From Planctomycetota bacterium (lineage in GTDB: Bacteria; Planctomycetota; UBA8108; SXIK01): a stretch of DNA of 64,000 nt. The position numbers and the translations under genes are program-made. This document shows positions 24,895 through 34,534 of the stretch, piece after piece. Numbering within the stretch: position 1 is the stretch's first letter; every line of letters begins with the position of its first letter. The notes beneath the pieces are model-generated. The model was not told where the DNA came from. It did not search any database and saw nothing but the letters and a program-made list of their open reading frames with translations. The stretch spans positions 32,001-96,000 of the forward strand of contig OZ244999.1 in the NCBI GenBank assembly GCA_965223265.1. The letters are read 5' to 3'.

Positions 24895-27540
24895 CTACTG
24901 AACGCTGAGTAGCCCGTTCTCTTCGAAGAGGAACCACTGGACGCTGAGTTGCCCCTCCTCGACGACCCAAACCGCGTATTCCCCGCTCTTCAATCGGCGG
25001 CTTAGGACCCACGTGTCGCCGACTCGGACGCCTTCGCTCCAGCGCGGTAGTTCCGCGCTTGTCACGGGAGTCCCGTCGAAGCGAAACAGGGCGGTGAGTT
25101 TGTTCTCGCGCAAGAGAAGCGCGTCGCCATCTACGGCTACGGCATCGACCTCCGGCGGGATGCGCCACGTGAGGTGTTCCGCGCTCTCCACGTCGCGCCG
25201 AAAGATCGTCGCGGCTCCTCCCGGGCGCCAGCGGCAGACGACCTCAGCGCGATGTCCTATCGACCATGACGTCCCTGAGCGGCGTGGGAACTCTCGCAAG
25301 ACCCGTCCACTGCTATCCTGGATGTAGGCTCCGCATGAATCGCCGTAGAGCATGAACGTGTCGCTGTCCAGGCGTCGCCTGGTGAGAACTGAGAGACTCA
25401 GACACTCCTCTTCGGTACGCTCGACGATACGTCGGAGGCGTCGACCCAGGCTTGGGTTGAGCGGAGTGTCCGCGCTGGTCTGTGGCGTGCTGGTCTGTGG
25501 CGCGCTGGACTTGGGCTGTGTCTGCGGCCGGGGGACCCACTGCGGCTGGGTCGAGCCGCGGGAGTCGATCGGCATGGATTCTCCAGAGAGCTCGGCGGCC
25601 ACCGCTGAATCGTCGGCTGTCGCGGTTTGCCGCGCGTCGGTCCGTGTCAGCAGCGCCAACAGCTCGGCTGTCCGCTGCTCGTCTCGAGGCCCGTCGTGGG
25701 TGATCGAGATCGACTCGAGCGTTTCCTCAGCGGGCTCGTCAGTCGACCGCTGCATCGAGCTAATGAGAAGTTCGCCAATGGCGCCGCTCTCTGACCCAGC
25801 CTCGGCGAGGGGAGCGAACAGGGATCGCGGGTCGAGACCTCCGGCGCCTTCGGCCGGAACGTCGATGAGATAGTCAGACGGGAGTCCTAGTTCTTCGTTG
25901 ATCGGGCTCGAAATGTTTCCAGGTGGTGGCGCGCTGGGGCGTAGGCTGTTGGCGACGACGCTGATCGTGCGCTTGAACCAGTTGCCCTCGTTCTCTGCCG
26001 TCGTTTCCGCGGAGGCAGTTGCGAGCGCCGGGGGCAGCCAGCGATCTAGAAATCCCCCGAGATAGAGGAGGATCCCGAGGACAGCAAGGAGGGCGGCTGT
26101 CGAGAGCAGTCGGAACCTGCTACGACGACGAGAGCGTTTGCTGCCCGAGTTTGGCGCGCTTGAGCTAGAGTGTGGCGCGGCGGCCGACGTCTTGGCCGCT
26201 TTCTTCTCAGCCTCCTGGCCGTATTCCTGAAGCAACCGATGAGCTACCATGTTTCCCTGATCCAAGGCGACTGCCTGCTTCAGAAGTAACGTGGCGTGGC
26301 CCGTTTCGCCTCGATCTTGAAGGAGCTTCGCGACGCGAAGGTACTCGTGTGCGGCTTCTTTGATCTCGCCGCGCTGCGCGAGCTGCGAGGCTCGGATCTC
26401 CAGGACGGCGGTTTCCATGCCGCGCACTTCTTCGAGAATTCGGACGCAGTCATCGACGGTCTCTTCGAGCCCCTTCTCTGAGAGGACCTGGAGGTGATTG
26501 ACTGCCAGTTGCTTGAGTTCGGCGAGGACGCCGTTGTTGACGTAGGCTTCCACACACTGCTCGAACGCCGTCACGTTCTCAGGTTGAAGGCTCAGAGCTT
26601 CCTTGTAGCGGCGTGTCGCGACGGACCAATTTTTAGCAACGGCCGCAGATCGCGCTAACTCTTCCAGTTGCGCCGCTGCTTTTTCATACTGATGCGTCTT
26701 GCGATAGAGCGACGCAAGGCGCTCTCGGGCGGAGTCCTTTTCGACCAAGTGGCGCAGGCTGTCCTCGAGCGTCGCGATCTCGATCTCGGGTGTCATCCTT
26801 TGTGCGCGCTCGTGCGAGAGCGTCACCATCTTGCGCTCCGCGAGCGAGACGATGCTCTCGTAGAGCTCCGTGAGAGGCATTCCGGAGCGCCGCCACAGCT
26901 GACCTACCTGAATCCTCTCGCCGCAGAGGCTGAGCAACCGCTGCACTTCAGGTGGCTCTTGGCGACTCGATTTTTTGCCACCAAACGTGACAGTCACGCC
27001 GACCGTGTCATCTCGCACGATGTGGCGGAGTTTACGCCAGCGGCTCAACCATTTGGTGACGTCCCGCGCCAGTTTCTTCGTGTCGACGGTGGCCTGAAGA
27101 ACTTCGCGGTCGCCGCGAAAGAGTTCCTTCGGCGGCTGGCCTTCGTCGATGCGATAGCGTGCGCCTTTCCAAAAGACAAGCTCGCAAAGGTCGTCGCAGA
27201 CGAGTCGTGCCGTGAGGTCGTCGTATTCCTCTCGCGTCAGAACTTCTTTTGTGATGAGGACGTCGCGAAGGCTGGAGCGGAGGGTTCTCTGCTCTTCAAG
27301 GATTTCGTGTAGCAGATCGATCGGGATTTCCTGTGACTCGACCAGCGTCCCCATCAGTCCCGCCCCACACCGCGGACCGACCGAGAGGGCTCTGACGCCG
27401 CCCTTGACGCAGTAAAACAAGCGTTCGCTGCTGCCGTCGGTGACGTGAAGCGTCTTCGCGGTTTCGACGCGCGCGGCGTCATTCAGGAAGGCTTGGAGGG
27501 CGTCTGGAGAGAACGGCTGAGACCGCTCTGCTGCTTTCAT
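24895..27540 (-). CDS. DUF4388-like N-terminal domain + TPR + transmembrane helix + low-complexity linker + C-terminal beta-rich domain
   Basis: TLHVTDGSSERLFY...GV...LMGTLVESQEI...LVFWKGARY (DUF4388/PATAN-like); TPR helices; TM LLSTAALLAVLGILLYLGG. Start ATG 27540 (ORF track 27573). Confidence 0.7.
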   Translation of the reverse strand: MKAAERSQPFSPDALQAFLNDAARVETAKTLHVTDGSSERLFYCVKGGVRALSVGPRCGAGLMGTLVESQEIPIDLLHEILEEQRTLRSSLRDVLITKEVLTREEYDDLTARLVCDDLCELVFWKGARYRIDEGQPPKELFRGDREVLQATVDTKKLARDVTKWLSRWRKLRHIVRDDTVGVTVTFGGKKSSRQEPPEVQRLLSLCGERIQVGQLWRRSGMPLTELYESIVSLAERKMVTLSHERAQRMTPEIEIATLEDSLRHLVEKDSARERLASLYRKTHQYEKAAAQLEELARSAAVAKNWSVATRRYKEALSLQPENVTAFEQCVEAYVNNGVLAELKQLAVNHLQVLSEKGLEETVDDCVRILEEVRGMETAVLEIRASQLAQRGEIKEAAHEYLRVAKLLQDRGETGHATLLLKQAVALDQGNMVAHRLLQEYGQEAEKKAAKTSAAAPHSSSSAPNSGSKRSRRRSRFRLLSTAALLAVLGILLYLGGFLDRWLPPALATASAETTAENEGNWFKRTISVVANSLRPSAPPPGNISSPINEELGLPSDYLIDVPAEGAGGLDPRSLFAPLAEAGSESGAIGELLISSMQRSTDEPAEETLESISITHDGPRDEQRTAELLALLTRTDARQTATADDSAVAAELSGESMPIDSRGSTQPQWVPRPQTQPKSSAPQTSTPQTSADTPLNPSLGRRLRRIVERTEEECLSLSVLTRRRLDSDTFMLYGDSCGAYIQDSSGRVLREFPRRSGTSWSIGHRAEVVCRWRPGGAATIFRRDVESAEHLTWRIPPEVDAVAVDGDALLLRENKLTALFRFDGTPVTSAELPRWSEGVRVGDTWVLSRRLKSGEYAVWVVEEGQLSVQWFLFEENGLLSVQ

Positions 27541-27632
27541 GGTCGCTCCGATGCGCAATAGACCTAGCGTCAAAGGGGCTCAGGCGAGCTGGTATCGAAG
27601 AGTACCCTGAACGTGCGACAACGGCTGCCCCT

Positions 27633-27707
27633 GCCGTTGTGGCAGTGTGGCGTGACTCTGAGCGATTTGCGGCGCCTTTCGGTGTTGGGGTGCCGCCATT
27701 ATGGCAG
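27633..27707 (+). promoter_or_regulatory. Candidate enhancer (bEBP-binding) sites: two copies of GCCRTTRTGGCAG
   Basis: gccgttgtggcag (27633-27645) and gccattatggcag (27695-27707), 62 bp apart, each quasi-palindromic, 80-155 bp upstream of a -24/-12 promoter. Confidence 0.45.
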
Positions 27708-27743
27708 CTACGGGAGTGGGTGAAAGGAGCCGTGGGAGGTCTA

Positions 27744-27756
27744 TAAGTTGTTGTTT
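27744..27756 (-). promoter_or_regulatory. Candidate IHF binding site
   Basis: taagttgttgttt matches the reverse IHF consensus YAANNNNTTGATW with one mismatch, in an AT-rich patch between the enhancer-like sites and the promoter. Confidence 0.5.
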
Positions 27757-27787
27757 CGAAGCATTTTATGATTTGTTCTCGCGCTCA

Positions 27788-27803
27788 TGGCACGACAGAT
27801 GCT
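27788..27803 (+). promoter_or_regulatory. Sigma54 (RpoN) -24/-12 promoter for the Hsp20 pair
   Basis: TGGCACGACAGATGCT: exact GG-N10-GC spacing with TGGCACG -24 box. Confidence 0.75.
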
Positions 27804-27906
27804 GTTTAAGCTCAACAAACGCAAAAAACGCCGTCGTGGTGGACGGCGCAACCAACTCAGAGATTCCCTGGAACTTCCCATTCCACGCTTGCACGGAGGA
27901 ACACTT

Positions 27907-28344
27907 ATGAACCTTTCACTCGCACGCAGAGGAGACTTTTTCGACCACTTGCAACGTGAGGTGGATCAGCTGTTCGGCGACTTCTTTGGTGTCCGACCGT
28001 TGAGCCCTTCACACCGCGGCACGTTCGCGGCGATCAATTCGTGGGAGGACGACGACAACGTTTATGTCGAGTCTGAGATTCCCGGACTGCGCCAGGATCA
28101 GTTCGAAGTGCACGTCGTCGGCGACGAACTCACGATCACCGGTGAGCGCCGGCTCCCGGACGAGGGCGGCGAAGGCCAGAAGCGCCACCGTGCCGAGCGT
28201 TTTCACGGTAAGTTCAGCCGCACGGTCACGCTGCCGGTCGCAGTCAACCCAGAGGGAGCTGAAGCCAAACTGGAAAACGGTGTGTTGACGATCCGTTTGC
28301 CGAAGAGCGGTCTGTCAAAGGCACGAAAGATCAGTGTCGAGTGA
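27907..28344 (+). CDS. Hsp20/alpha-crystallin small heat-shock protein
   Basis: AINSWEDDDNVYVESEIPG...ERFHGKFSRTVTLP...AKLENGVLTIRLPK; start ATG 27907 after GGAGGA. Confidence 0.95.
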   Translation: MNLSLARRGDFFDHLQREVDQLFGDFFGVRPLSPSHRGTFAAINSWEDDDNVYVESEIPGLRQDQFEVHVVGDELTITGERRLPDEGGEGQKRHRAERFHGKFSRTVTLPVAVNPEGAEAKLENGVLTIRLPKSGLSKARKISVE

Positions 28345-28376
28345 CAATGGACGTAGGATCCAGCTAGAGGAGTTGA

Positions 28377-28757
28377 TTGACCATGAACGAAAACATTCAC
28401 ACCCCAGCCGCGGTGACGCAAGCATCGACGCGGCGGCCGTATCTTCCCGACGTTGACATCGTCGAAACGGAAACCGAGCTCGTAGCGATCGTCGACCTTC
28501 CCGGAGTTCAGAAGGAGAGAATCGACCTGCGGTTCGAGGGCGGCATCTTGACCATCAAAGCTACCGCGACGTCGCGGCCAGCTGACGATGTGCGGTACGC
28601 CTCTCGCGAGTACGTGGTTGGCGATTTCGAACGCACGTTCGAGGTGCGCGAGCCGGTGGACGCCGAGAAACTGTCCGCTCAGTTCACGGACGGCGTGCTG
28701 ACAGTTTCGCTCCCCAAGAGAGCTGCGGCGCAGCGTCGCAAAATTGACGTAAACTGA
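28377..28757 (+). CDS. Hsp20/alpha-crystallin small heat-shock protein (second copy)
   Basis: PDVDIVETE...DLPGV...REYVVGDFERTF...DGVLTVSLPK; GAGGAG RBS (start 28377 or 28383). Confidence 0.95.
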   Translation: MTMNENIHTPAAVTQASTRRPYLPDVDIVETETELVAIVDLPGVQKERIDLRFEGGILTIKATATSRPADDVRYASREYVVGDFERTFEVREPVDAEKLSAQFTDGVLTVSLPKRAAAQRRKIDVN

Positions 28758-28812
28758 CCGCAGCACCATTGCGACTGCGGTGATGCGCGTGTAGGTTGAC
28801 GAACTCGTAGAG

Positions 28813-28844
28813 AAAGAGTGGTGTGGAAACACCACTCTTTTTTT
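28813..28844 (+). terminator. Rho-independent terminator of the Hsp20 operon
   Basis: Perfect 12-bp stem aaagagtggtgt / ggaa / acaccactcttt running into a T tract. Confidence 0.85.
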
Positions 28845-28879
28845 CTGCCTACCCTCCTGAGTCCGGGAGTCGTCCTGCT

Positions 28880-30415
28880 GTGTTCGCCTCTCACGATCAA
28901 CAGACCTTGGCGTCGTACGGGATTGCGGTCGCCGAAGCAGAGCGTCAAGTCGAGCTCCTCCGCCGCCCACGTCCGTATCGGACGCTCGTACGGCCTTGCA
29001 CGCTCGGTGACGGTATCCACCCGTGGCGTCCCGCCGAACAGGAGGACGCGGTCGCCGCGGCCGAGATGGCGATTCCCCAGTGCCGCCTAGTTCGGTTCGT
29101 GCCTGCGTCCGGCGCCGCGACACGCATGTTCGATTTTTTGACGCGTGCGGTGATCTCGAAAGGCTTGAGCGAGGAGGAAGTGGCGGTACTCGCGGACAAG
29201 GGTGACGCTGATGCCGCCGCTGCGCAGCGTTTCTTCACGCACCTCCAGGAATTCGCGTTTTGGCCGGAGCTGCAAAGCTCCTTGTCGGCAACCTCTGGCG
29301 CGACGGGTGCCAGCTGGAAGGAGATCGTCCATGCACTACTCGATGAGCGACAACTCGGCTACAGCCTGCTCCCGAAAGGGTTGGCGCTATTTCACCGCGA
29401 CGCTGAGGGTGGACGAACGGCGTTCGACGAGCATTTGACGGAGGCTACGCTCGTCGCCTCGGGAGCCGACGTGTGTGCCATTCACTTTACAATCCAAGAG
29501 GAACATCGCGGTTACTTCACAAAGCGGCTTGAGGAAACGACAGCGCGCCTGAAGCAAAGTGGCGCTCCGCAGCTCGAGGTGGAGTTTTCGACGCAACCTC
29601 GAAGCACGATGACCTTGGCGCTGACCAGCGATCGTGAGCCATGTCGCCTCGCCGATGGGAGCCTTCTCCTGCGTCCCGGAGGGCACGGGTCGCTGATCCA
29701 GAACTTGGCTGCGATTGAGGCCGATGTTGCCTACTTGGGTAACATTGACAACGTTGTCCCGCCGCAGCGTATGAGTGAGGTCGTGCGCTGGCGGAAGGTT
29801 CTCATTGGGAGGCTTGCCGAGCTACAGAACCGTGCGCGCGGCTGGCTCGCATCGCTCACGCCGCACGCCGAGAGCGTCGAGCTTGACCGTGTCGCCGGCG
29901 AACTTCACGCCACGTTCGGATGTGATCTCGGCGACGATTTTGCCGCCCTGCCTGTCTCGAAGCGCCGGCTGCTCCTGGAGACCGAGTTGAGGCGACCGAT
30001 GCGGGTCTGCGGCGTCGTGAAGAACGTGGGTGAGCCCGGCGGTGGTCCCTTTTGGGTGCGAGGCACTGACGGGCGAGTGAGCCTGCAGATCGTTGAGGGT
30101 GCCGAAGTCGACCGAGCCGACGATGGGCAGAAGAGCATCTTCGCCGCTGCCACTCACTTCAATCCCGTCAATATGGCGTGTGCGTTGAAAGATCCTGAAG
30201 GGCGGCCGCTCGCACTGAGTGATTTCGTCGACGAGTCAGCCGTCATGATCAGCAACAAATCAGAGCGCGGCCAGGCGCTCACGGTCCTGGAGCATCCCGG
30301 GCTCTGGAACGGTGCCATGAGTCGCTGGCTGACTGCGTTCGTCGAGATTCCACTCAGCACGTTCAATCCCGTCAAGGTAGTGAACGACCTGCTGCGTGAA
30401 GCGCATCAGCCCTAG
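28880..30415 (+). CDS. DUF4301 family protein (nucleotide-diphospho-sugar transferase-like fold)
   Basis: FVPASGAATRMF, PKGL..FH, RPGGHGSLIQNL, NIDNV, VCGVVKNVGEPGGGPFW, THFNPV, GLWNGAM, TFNPVKVVNDLL. The ORF-track start 28823 lies inside the terminator; GTG 28880 with GGGAG RBS preferred. Confidence 0.9.
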   Translation: MFASHDQQTLASYGIAVAEAERQVELLRRPRPYRTLVRPCTLGDGIHPWRPAEQEDAVAAAEMAIPQCRLVRFVPASGAATRMFDFLTRAVISKGLSEEEVAVLADKGDADAAAAQRFFTHLQEFAFWPELQSSLSATSGATGASWKEIVHALLDERQLGYSLLPKGLALFHRDAEGGRTAFDEHLTEATLVASGADVCAIHFTIQEEHRGYFTKRLEETTARLKQSGAPQLEVEFSTQPRSTMTLALTSDREPCRLADGSLLLRPGGHGSLIQNLAAIEADVAYLGNIDNVVPPQRMSEVVRWRKVLIGRLAELQNRARGWLASLTPHAESVELDRVAGELHATFGCDLGDDFAALPVSKRRLLLETELRRPMRVCGVVKNVGEPGGGPFWVRGTDGRVSLQIVEGAEVDRADDGQKSIFAAATHFNPVNMACALKDPEGRPLALSDFVDESAVMISNKSERGQALTVLEHPGLWNGAMSRWLTAFVEIPLSTFNPVKVVNDLLREAHQP

Positions 30416-30471
30416 TTGTCTCCGCGAGTAGTGTCCGACCCCCAACGCCGAACCGTGTTGACCTGATCGCC

Positions 30472-32172
30472 TCACGACTTCTGTCTCGCCATGCGCCGGT
30501 AGCTCGTCTTGCGGAATTTCGTCGGCGCGGTGCCCGACGCTTCATGCTCGCGCTTACGAATCTCGAAGTAAGTCTCGAAGTTACCGTCGAACTGTCGCAC
30601 GCGGCCATCGTCTTCAAAGACGAGCACCGAGTTGACGATGCGGTCGAGAAAGAAGCGATCGTGAGAGACAACCAGCGCCGACCCCGCGAACGACAGCAAA
30701 GCCTCCTCCAAGATGCGGAGCGTTTCGAGGTCGAGATCGTTCGTCGGTTCGTCGAGAAGGATAAGATTCGCGCCGCGTCGTAGAGTCTTCGCCAGCAGAA
30801 GGCGGTTGCGCTCGCCACCCGAGAGCTTGCCGACGGGAGTTTGTTGCTGGCCGCCTTTGAACTGAAAGCCCGAGAGGTACTCGCGGATGTGATATTCGCG
30901 CGAGCCAACTTGGATAACGTCTCGGCCTTCCGAGATGGTCTCGTAGACGGTTAAGTCGGGGTCGAGGTCTTCCCGCGTTTGATCCACGTAAGTCGGCGTC
31001 ACCGATTCTCCGAGCTCGATTTTGCCGCGGTCTGGTGTCTCTTTGCCGAGGATCATGCGAAATAGCGTCGTCTTGCCTGCACCATTCGGGCCGGTAATTC
31101 CCATGATTTCTCCGGGACCGAGCTCGAGGCTGAGCCCATCCATGAGCGTCCGATCTCCATACGTTTTCGAGATGTTTTCGATACTGAGCACCTTATTGCC
31201 CAGGCGCGGACCTTGTGGCAGGACGAGATTGACTTTCCCCATGCGCTCTTCGGGCGATGCCTCGAGGAGCTTGTGGTAGTTCTTGACGCGCGCTTTGTTC
31301 TTCGACTGCCGAGCCTGCGGCGTGCTGTTGAGCCACTCGAGTTCTTGCTTCAGGATTTTCTGTCGCCGCTCTTCGTGGCGTGATTTTGTCGCGAGGATTT
31401 CATTCTTACGCTCGAGATAGTCGGTGTAGTTGCCCTGGAAGATCGTCAGCGCTCCATTCTCCACCTCGACCATGTAGTTGGCGACGTTGTCGAGAAAGTA
31501 GCGATCGTGCGTCACCATGACGACCGTCCCGGGGTAGCGTTCGATAAACACCTCAAGCCACTCGACGGTGGCGGCGTCGAGGTGGTTCGTCGGTTCATCG
31601 AGAAACAGGAGGTCGGGCTGCGAAATGAGTTCTCGGCAAAGCGCTACGCGCCGTTTTTCGCCGCCGGACAGCTGGCTGACGTCGGAGTCGCCTGGCGGAA
31701 CCCGGAGGGCTTCCATGGCGACCTCGAGCTGGTGCTCAAGCTCCCAGCCGCCCTTTCTCTCGATCTCGTCCTGTAGGCGACCCATCTTTTCCATGAGCTT
31801 GTCGAATTTTTCAGGGTCCGACTCGGTGCCCATCAACTCGCTCACCTCGTTGAAGTCGTCGACGAGCTTTTGAATGTGAGCGACCCCTTCTTCGATGTTC
31901 TCGCGCACGGTCTTTGACGCATCGAGCGGCGGTTCCTGCTCGACGTAGCCGACGCGGATGCTTGGTGCGTGGCGTACCGATCCGCCGATTTCCGTATCGA
32001 CGCCGGCGAGCGCGCGAAGAAACGTGGACTTGCCGCTGCCGTTGTGTCCCAGCACACCGACCCGGGCATCGCGGTGAATGGTGAACGTAAGATTGGAGAG
32101 TACCTCTCGATCGCCGTACACCTTGGTCAGCTCTTTCGCCGTCAGCAAGACTTCGCCGAGCAGCTCACTCAT
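30472..32172 (-). CDS. ettA: ABC-F family ribosome-associated ATPase, EttA-like
   Basis: Two ABC domains (GHNGSGKST, LSGGEKRR, DEPTNHLD; GPNGAGKTT, LSGGERNR), arm and inter-ABC linker (ELEWL...ARQSKNKAR), no TM segments. Confidence 0.85.
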   Translation of the reverse strand: MSELLGEVLLTAKELTKVYGDREVLSNLTFTIHRDARVGVLGHNGSGKSTFLRALAGVDTEIGGSVRHAPSIRVGYVEQEPPLDASKTVRENIEEGVAHIQKLVDDFNEVSELMGTESDPEKFDKLMEKMGRLQDEIERKGGWELEHQLEVAMEALRVPPGDSDVSQLSGGEKRRVALCRELISQPDLLFLDEPTNHLDAATVEWLEVFIERYPGTVVMVTHDRYFLDNVANYMVEVENGALTIFQGNYTDYLERKNEILATKSRHEERRQKILKQELEWLNSTPQARQSKNKARVKNYHKLLEASPEERMGKVNLVLPQGPRLGNKVLSIENISKTYGDRTLMDGLSLELGPGEIMGITGPNGAGKTTLFRMILGKETPDRGKIELGESVTPTYVDQTREDLDPDLTVYETISEGRDVIQVGSREYHIREYLSGFQFKGGQQQTPVGKLSGGERNRLLLAKTLRRGANLILLDEPTNDLDLETLRILEEALLSFAGSALVVSHDRFFLDRIVNSVLVFEDDGRVRQFDGNFETYFEIRKREHEASGTAPTKFRKTSYRRMARQKS

Positions 32173-32547
32173 GGGATTCTGTCTCCTAGTGCGTTCCTGT
32201 TTCAATGCGTCGTCGGGGCGCCGCGGCTGTCAGCCAAGCTTCGCTCGCTCAGGTGGACGTCTGGGGTGGGTTTTTCGCTGTGACCGTCTGCAGGGACTGT
32301 ACCGTCGAATCAGCAAGATGCAGCGTCAATCGATGGGCGAATGCAAGCAAATTACGAGCGTCCTGCGGTCACGCGCGAGTTTGTGAACGTTTGGGAGGGT
32401 TGTGCCTCCTGTGTGACGGCTTTGCGGCGTTTCCTAACTGGGGTATGCTCTCAGGCCGTAGCGACACCGGCAACAAGTGATCGAATGGAGGCCGAGCTGC
32501 GCCAGCCCGCGGCATCCTGCCGTGGGGCCGACCAGCCGAACGAGCGC

Positions 32548-34320
32548 ATGGAGAATTGGCAATCCTGGTACACGCTCGCCGTGGTCGTGCTGATGGTCGT
32601 CGGGCTCGTCCGCGATGTCTTTGGCCCGGAGATCATCGTCGGCGGTGCCCTGGTGCTTCTGCTGGCCGCCGGGGTGGTGGAGCCGGAGGAGGCGGTTGCC
32701 GGGTTTGCGAACCCTCAGATGCTGACGATCGGTGCTCTGTTCGTTCTCGCTGGTGCCCTGCGTGAGACTGGGGCGCTAACTATGCTCACGTCTCGACTCT
32801 TTAGGGATGGGCGTTCGCGGGCTTCGCTGCTGCGGATCGTCGTGCCAACGATCTCGCTTTCCGCCTTCCTCAACAACACGCCGCTCGTCGCGGTTTTGGC
32901 GCCTGCGGTCCGCGATTGGTCGAAACGCATTGGTGCTGCTCCCTCCAAGTACCTCATTCCGCTCTCCTACGCCGCGATCATCGGTGGAACTTGCACGTCG
33001 ATCGGTACCTCTACGAATCTGCTAGTCAGTGGTATGCTCGTACGTTCAGGCTTGGAGCCGTTCAGCTTGTTTCGCGAGCTGGCTCCCGTCGGCATCGTGC
33101 TCGCGATCGTCGGCGGCGCCTACATTGTTTTCGTGCTGCCTCGTCTTCTCCCGGATCGACGCGATCCCTATGACACGCTAGGCGACGCAAGGAAGGAGTA
33201 TCTCGCGGAGTTGGAGGTGCGAGCCGACTGTCCGCTCGTCGGACAGAGCGTCGAGGAGGCCGGGCTGCGGCACCTCCCGGGACTCTTTCTCGTTGAGATC
33301 GTTCGCGGCGACGAATCCCTCCTGCCCGTGCGTCCGACGGAGCACCTACACTCGGGCGACCGCCTCGTGTTTACGGGTATGGCGGAGACAGTCGTCGATC
33401 TACAAAAGATTCGTGGTCTTGAGCCACCTGCTGCTGGGGACAGCGCGGCGTCCCAAATTGGTACGGACGCTCACCTCTACGAAGTTGTCGTATCTCCATC
33501 TTCGCCGCTGGTTGGAGCGAACCTGCGATACGCTCAGTTTCGCCGTCGTTACGATGCGGTTGTCGTTGCCGTGCAGCGCAGCGGAGAGCGGATCAAGTCG
33601 AAGATCGGAGATATCGTGCTGCGGCCCGGCGACGTGCTGTTGGTCGAAGCGTCTTCTGGTTTCCACCAAGCGTGGCGAGACTCGAGTGACTTCTATCTCA
33701 TCTCGACCGTGGGCGAGAGCGCGCGGGCTCGTCCTCGACATGCGCTTTTCGCCAGTATCGTAATTGCCCTTATGGTGCTCGCCGCCGCTCTTAAGTGGCT
33801 GCCGATCATGGTCGCTGCGTTTCTCGCCGTGGCGACCTTGATCGCGTTCCGCGTGGTGACACCCGGGGCGGCGCGTCGTTCCGTCGATATGTCGGTATTG
33901 CTTCTGATCGCGAGCGCGATCGGCGTGTCTGCGGCGATTGAGAAGCATGGGCTGACGAGTCTCGCGGCTGATGCGGTTCTCGGCGTCTTGCAGCCGTATG
34001 GGCCCATTGCCATCATGGTGGCAGTTTTTGCGCTGACGAACGTTTTCACCGAGCTCATCACCAACGGCGCGGCGGCGGCAATGATGTTCCCGTTTGCTCT
34101 ATCCCTTGCTGAGAAGCTCTCGTATAGTCCTCATGCGTTTGCCGTGATCGTGGCCATCGCAGCGTCGGCTAGTTTCTCGACGCCGATCGGATACCAGACG
34201 AACCTGATCGTGTATGGACCTGGCGGCTATCGTTTTCGCGATTTTCTCGTGGCTGGACTACCGCTCAACCTCTTGGCGTGTTTCATCACGATCATAGTTG
34301 TGCGTCTGCTCTGGGGTTGA
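32548..34320 (+). CDS. SLC13/DASS family permease with two TrkA-C (RCK-C) domains
   Basis: SAFLNNTP, GGTCTSIGTSTNL, two RCK-C domains, TELITNGAAA, SFSTPIGYQTNLIVYGPGGYRFRDF; start ATG 32548. Confidence 0.92.
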   Translation: MENWQSWYTLAVVVLMVVGLVRDVFGPEIIVGGALVLLLAAGVVEPEEAVAGFANPQMLTIGALFVLAGALRETGALTMLTSRLFRDGRSRASLLRIVVPTISLSAFLNNTPLVAVLAPAVRDWSKRIGAAPSKYLIPLSYAAIIGGTCTSIGTSTNLLVSGMLVRSGLEPFSLFRELAPVGIVLAIVGGAYIVFVLPRLLPDRRDPYDTLGDARKEYLAELEVRADCPLVGQSVEEAGLRHLPGLFLVEIVRGDESLLPVRPTEHLHSGDRLVFTGMAETVVDLQKIRGLEPPAAGDSAASQIGTDAHLYEVVVSPSSPLVGANLRYAQFRRRYDAVVVAVQRSGERIKSKIGDIVLRPGDVLLVEASSGFHQAWRDSSDFYLISTVGESARARPRHALFASIVIALMVLAAALKWLPIMVAAFLAVATLIAFRVVTPGAARRSVDMSVLLLIASAIGVSAAIEKHGLTSLAADAVLGVLQPYGPIAIMVAVFALTNVFTELITNGAAAAMMFPFALSLAEKLSYSPHAFAVIVAIAASASFSTPIGYQTNLIVYGPGGYRFRDFLVAGLPLNLLACFITIIVVRLLWG

Positions 34321-34534
34321 TCTGCCCAGCGCGGCGTCTTGGGCGCGATTCTCCACGGTACCGCTTGCAGCGATTCCGCTCCTCCCCTATGCTCTTAGCC
34401 TGGTTTGCCCGCATCTCACCATTGCGGCTTGTGTTCTACTCTGCAGCGCGCTGCGATCCGCCGCTCCGATTCTTGCCGCGGGAAGCAGTGACCACTCTCC
34501 CCAAACGTGGCGTCACGAGGGCTGACATACTGAC

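Noticed and set aside
25471-25508. 15-bp tandem repeat within the DUF4388 gene
   Set aside because: In-frame duplication encoding a low-complexity linker (SAPQTSTPQTSA); ordinary.
28823-28879. ORF-track N-terminus of the DUF4301 gene
   Set aside because: The start lies within the Hsp20 terminator hairpin; GTG 28880 with an RBS fits better.
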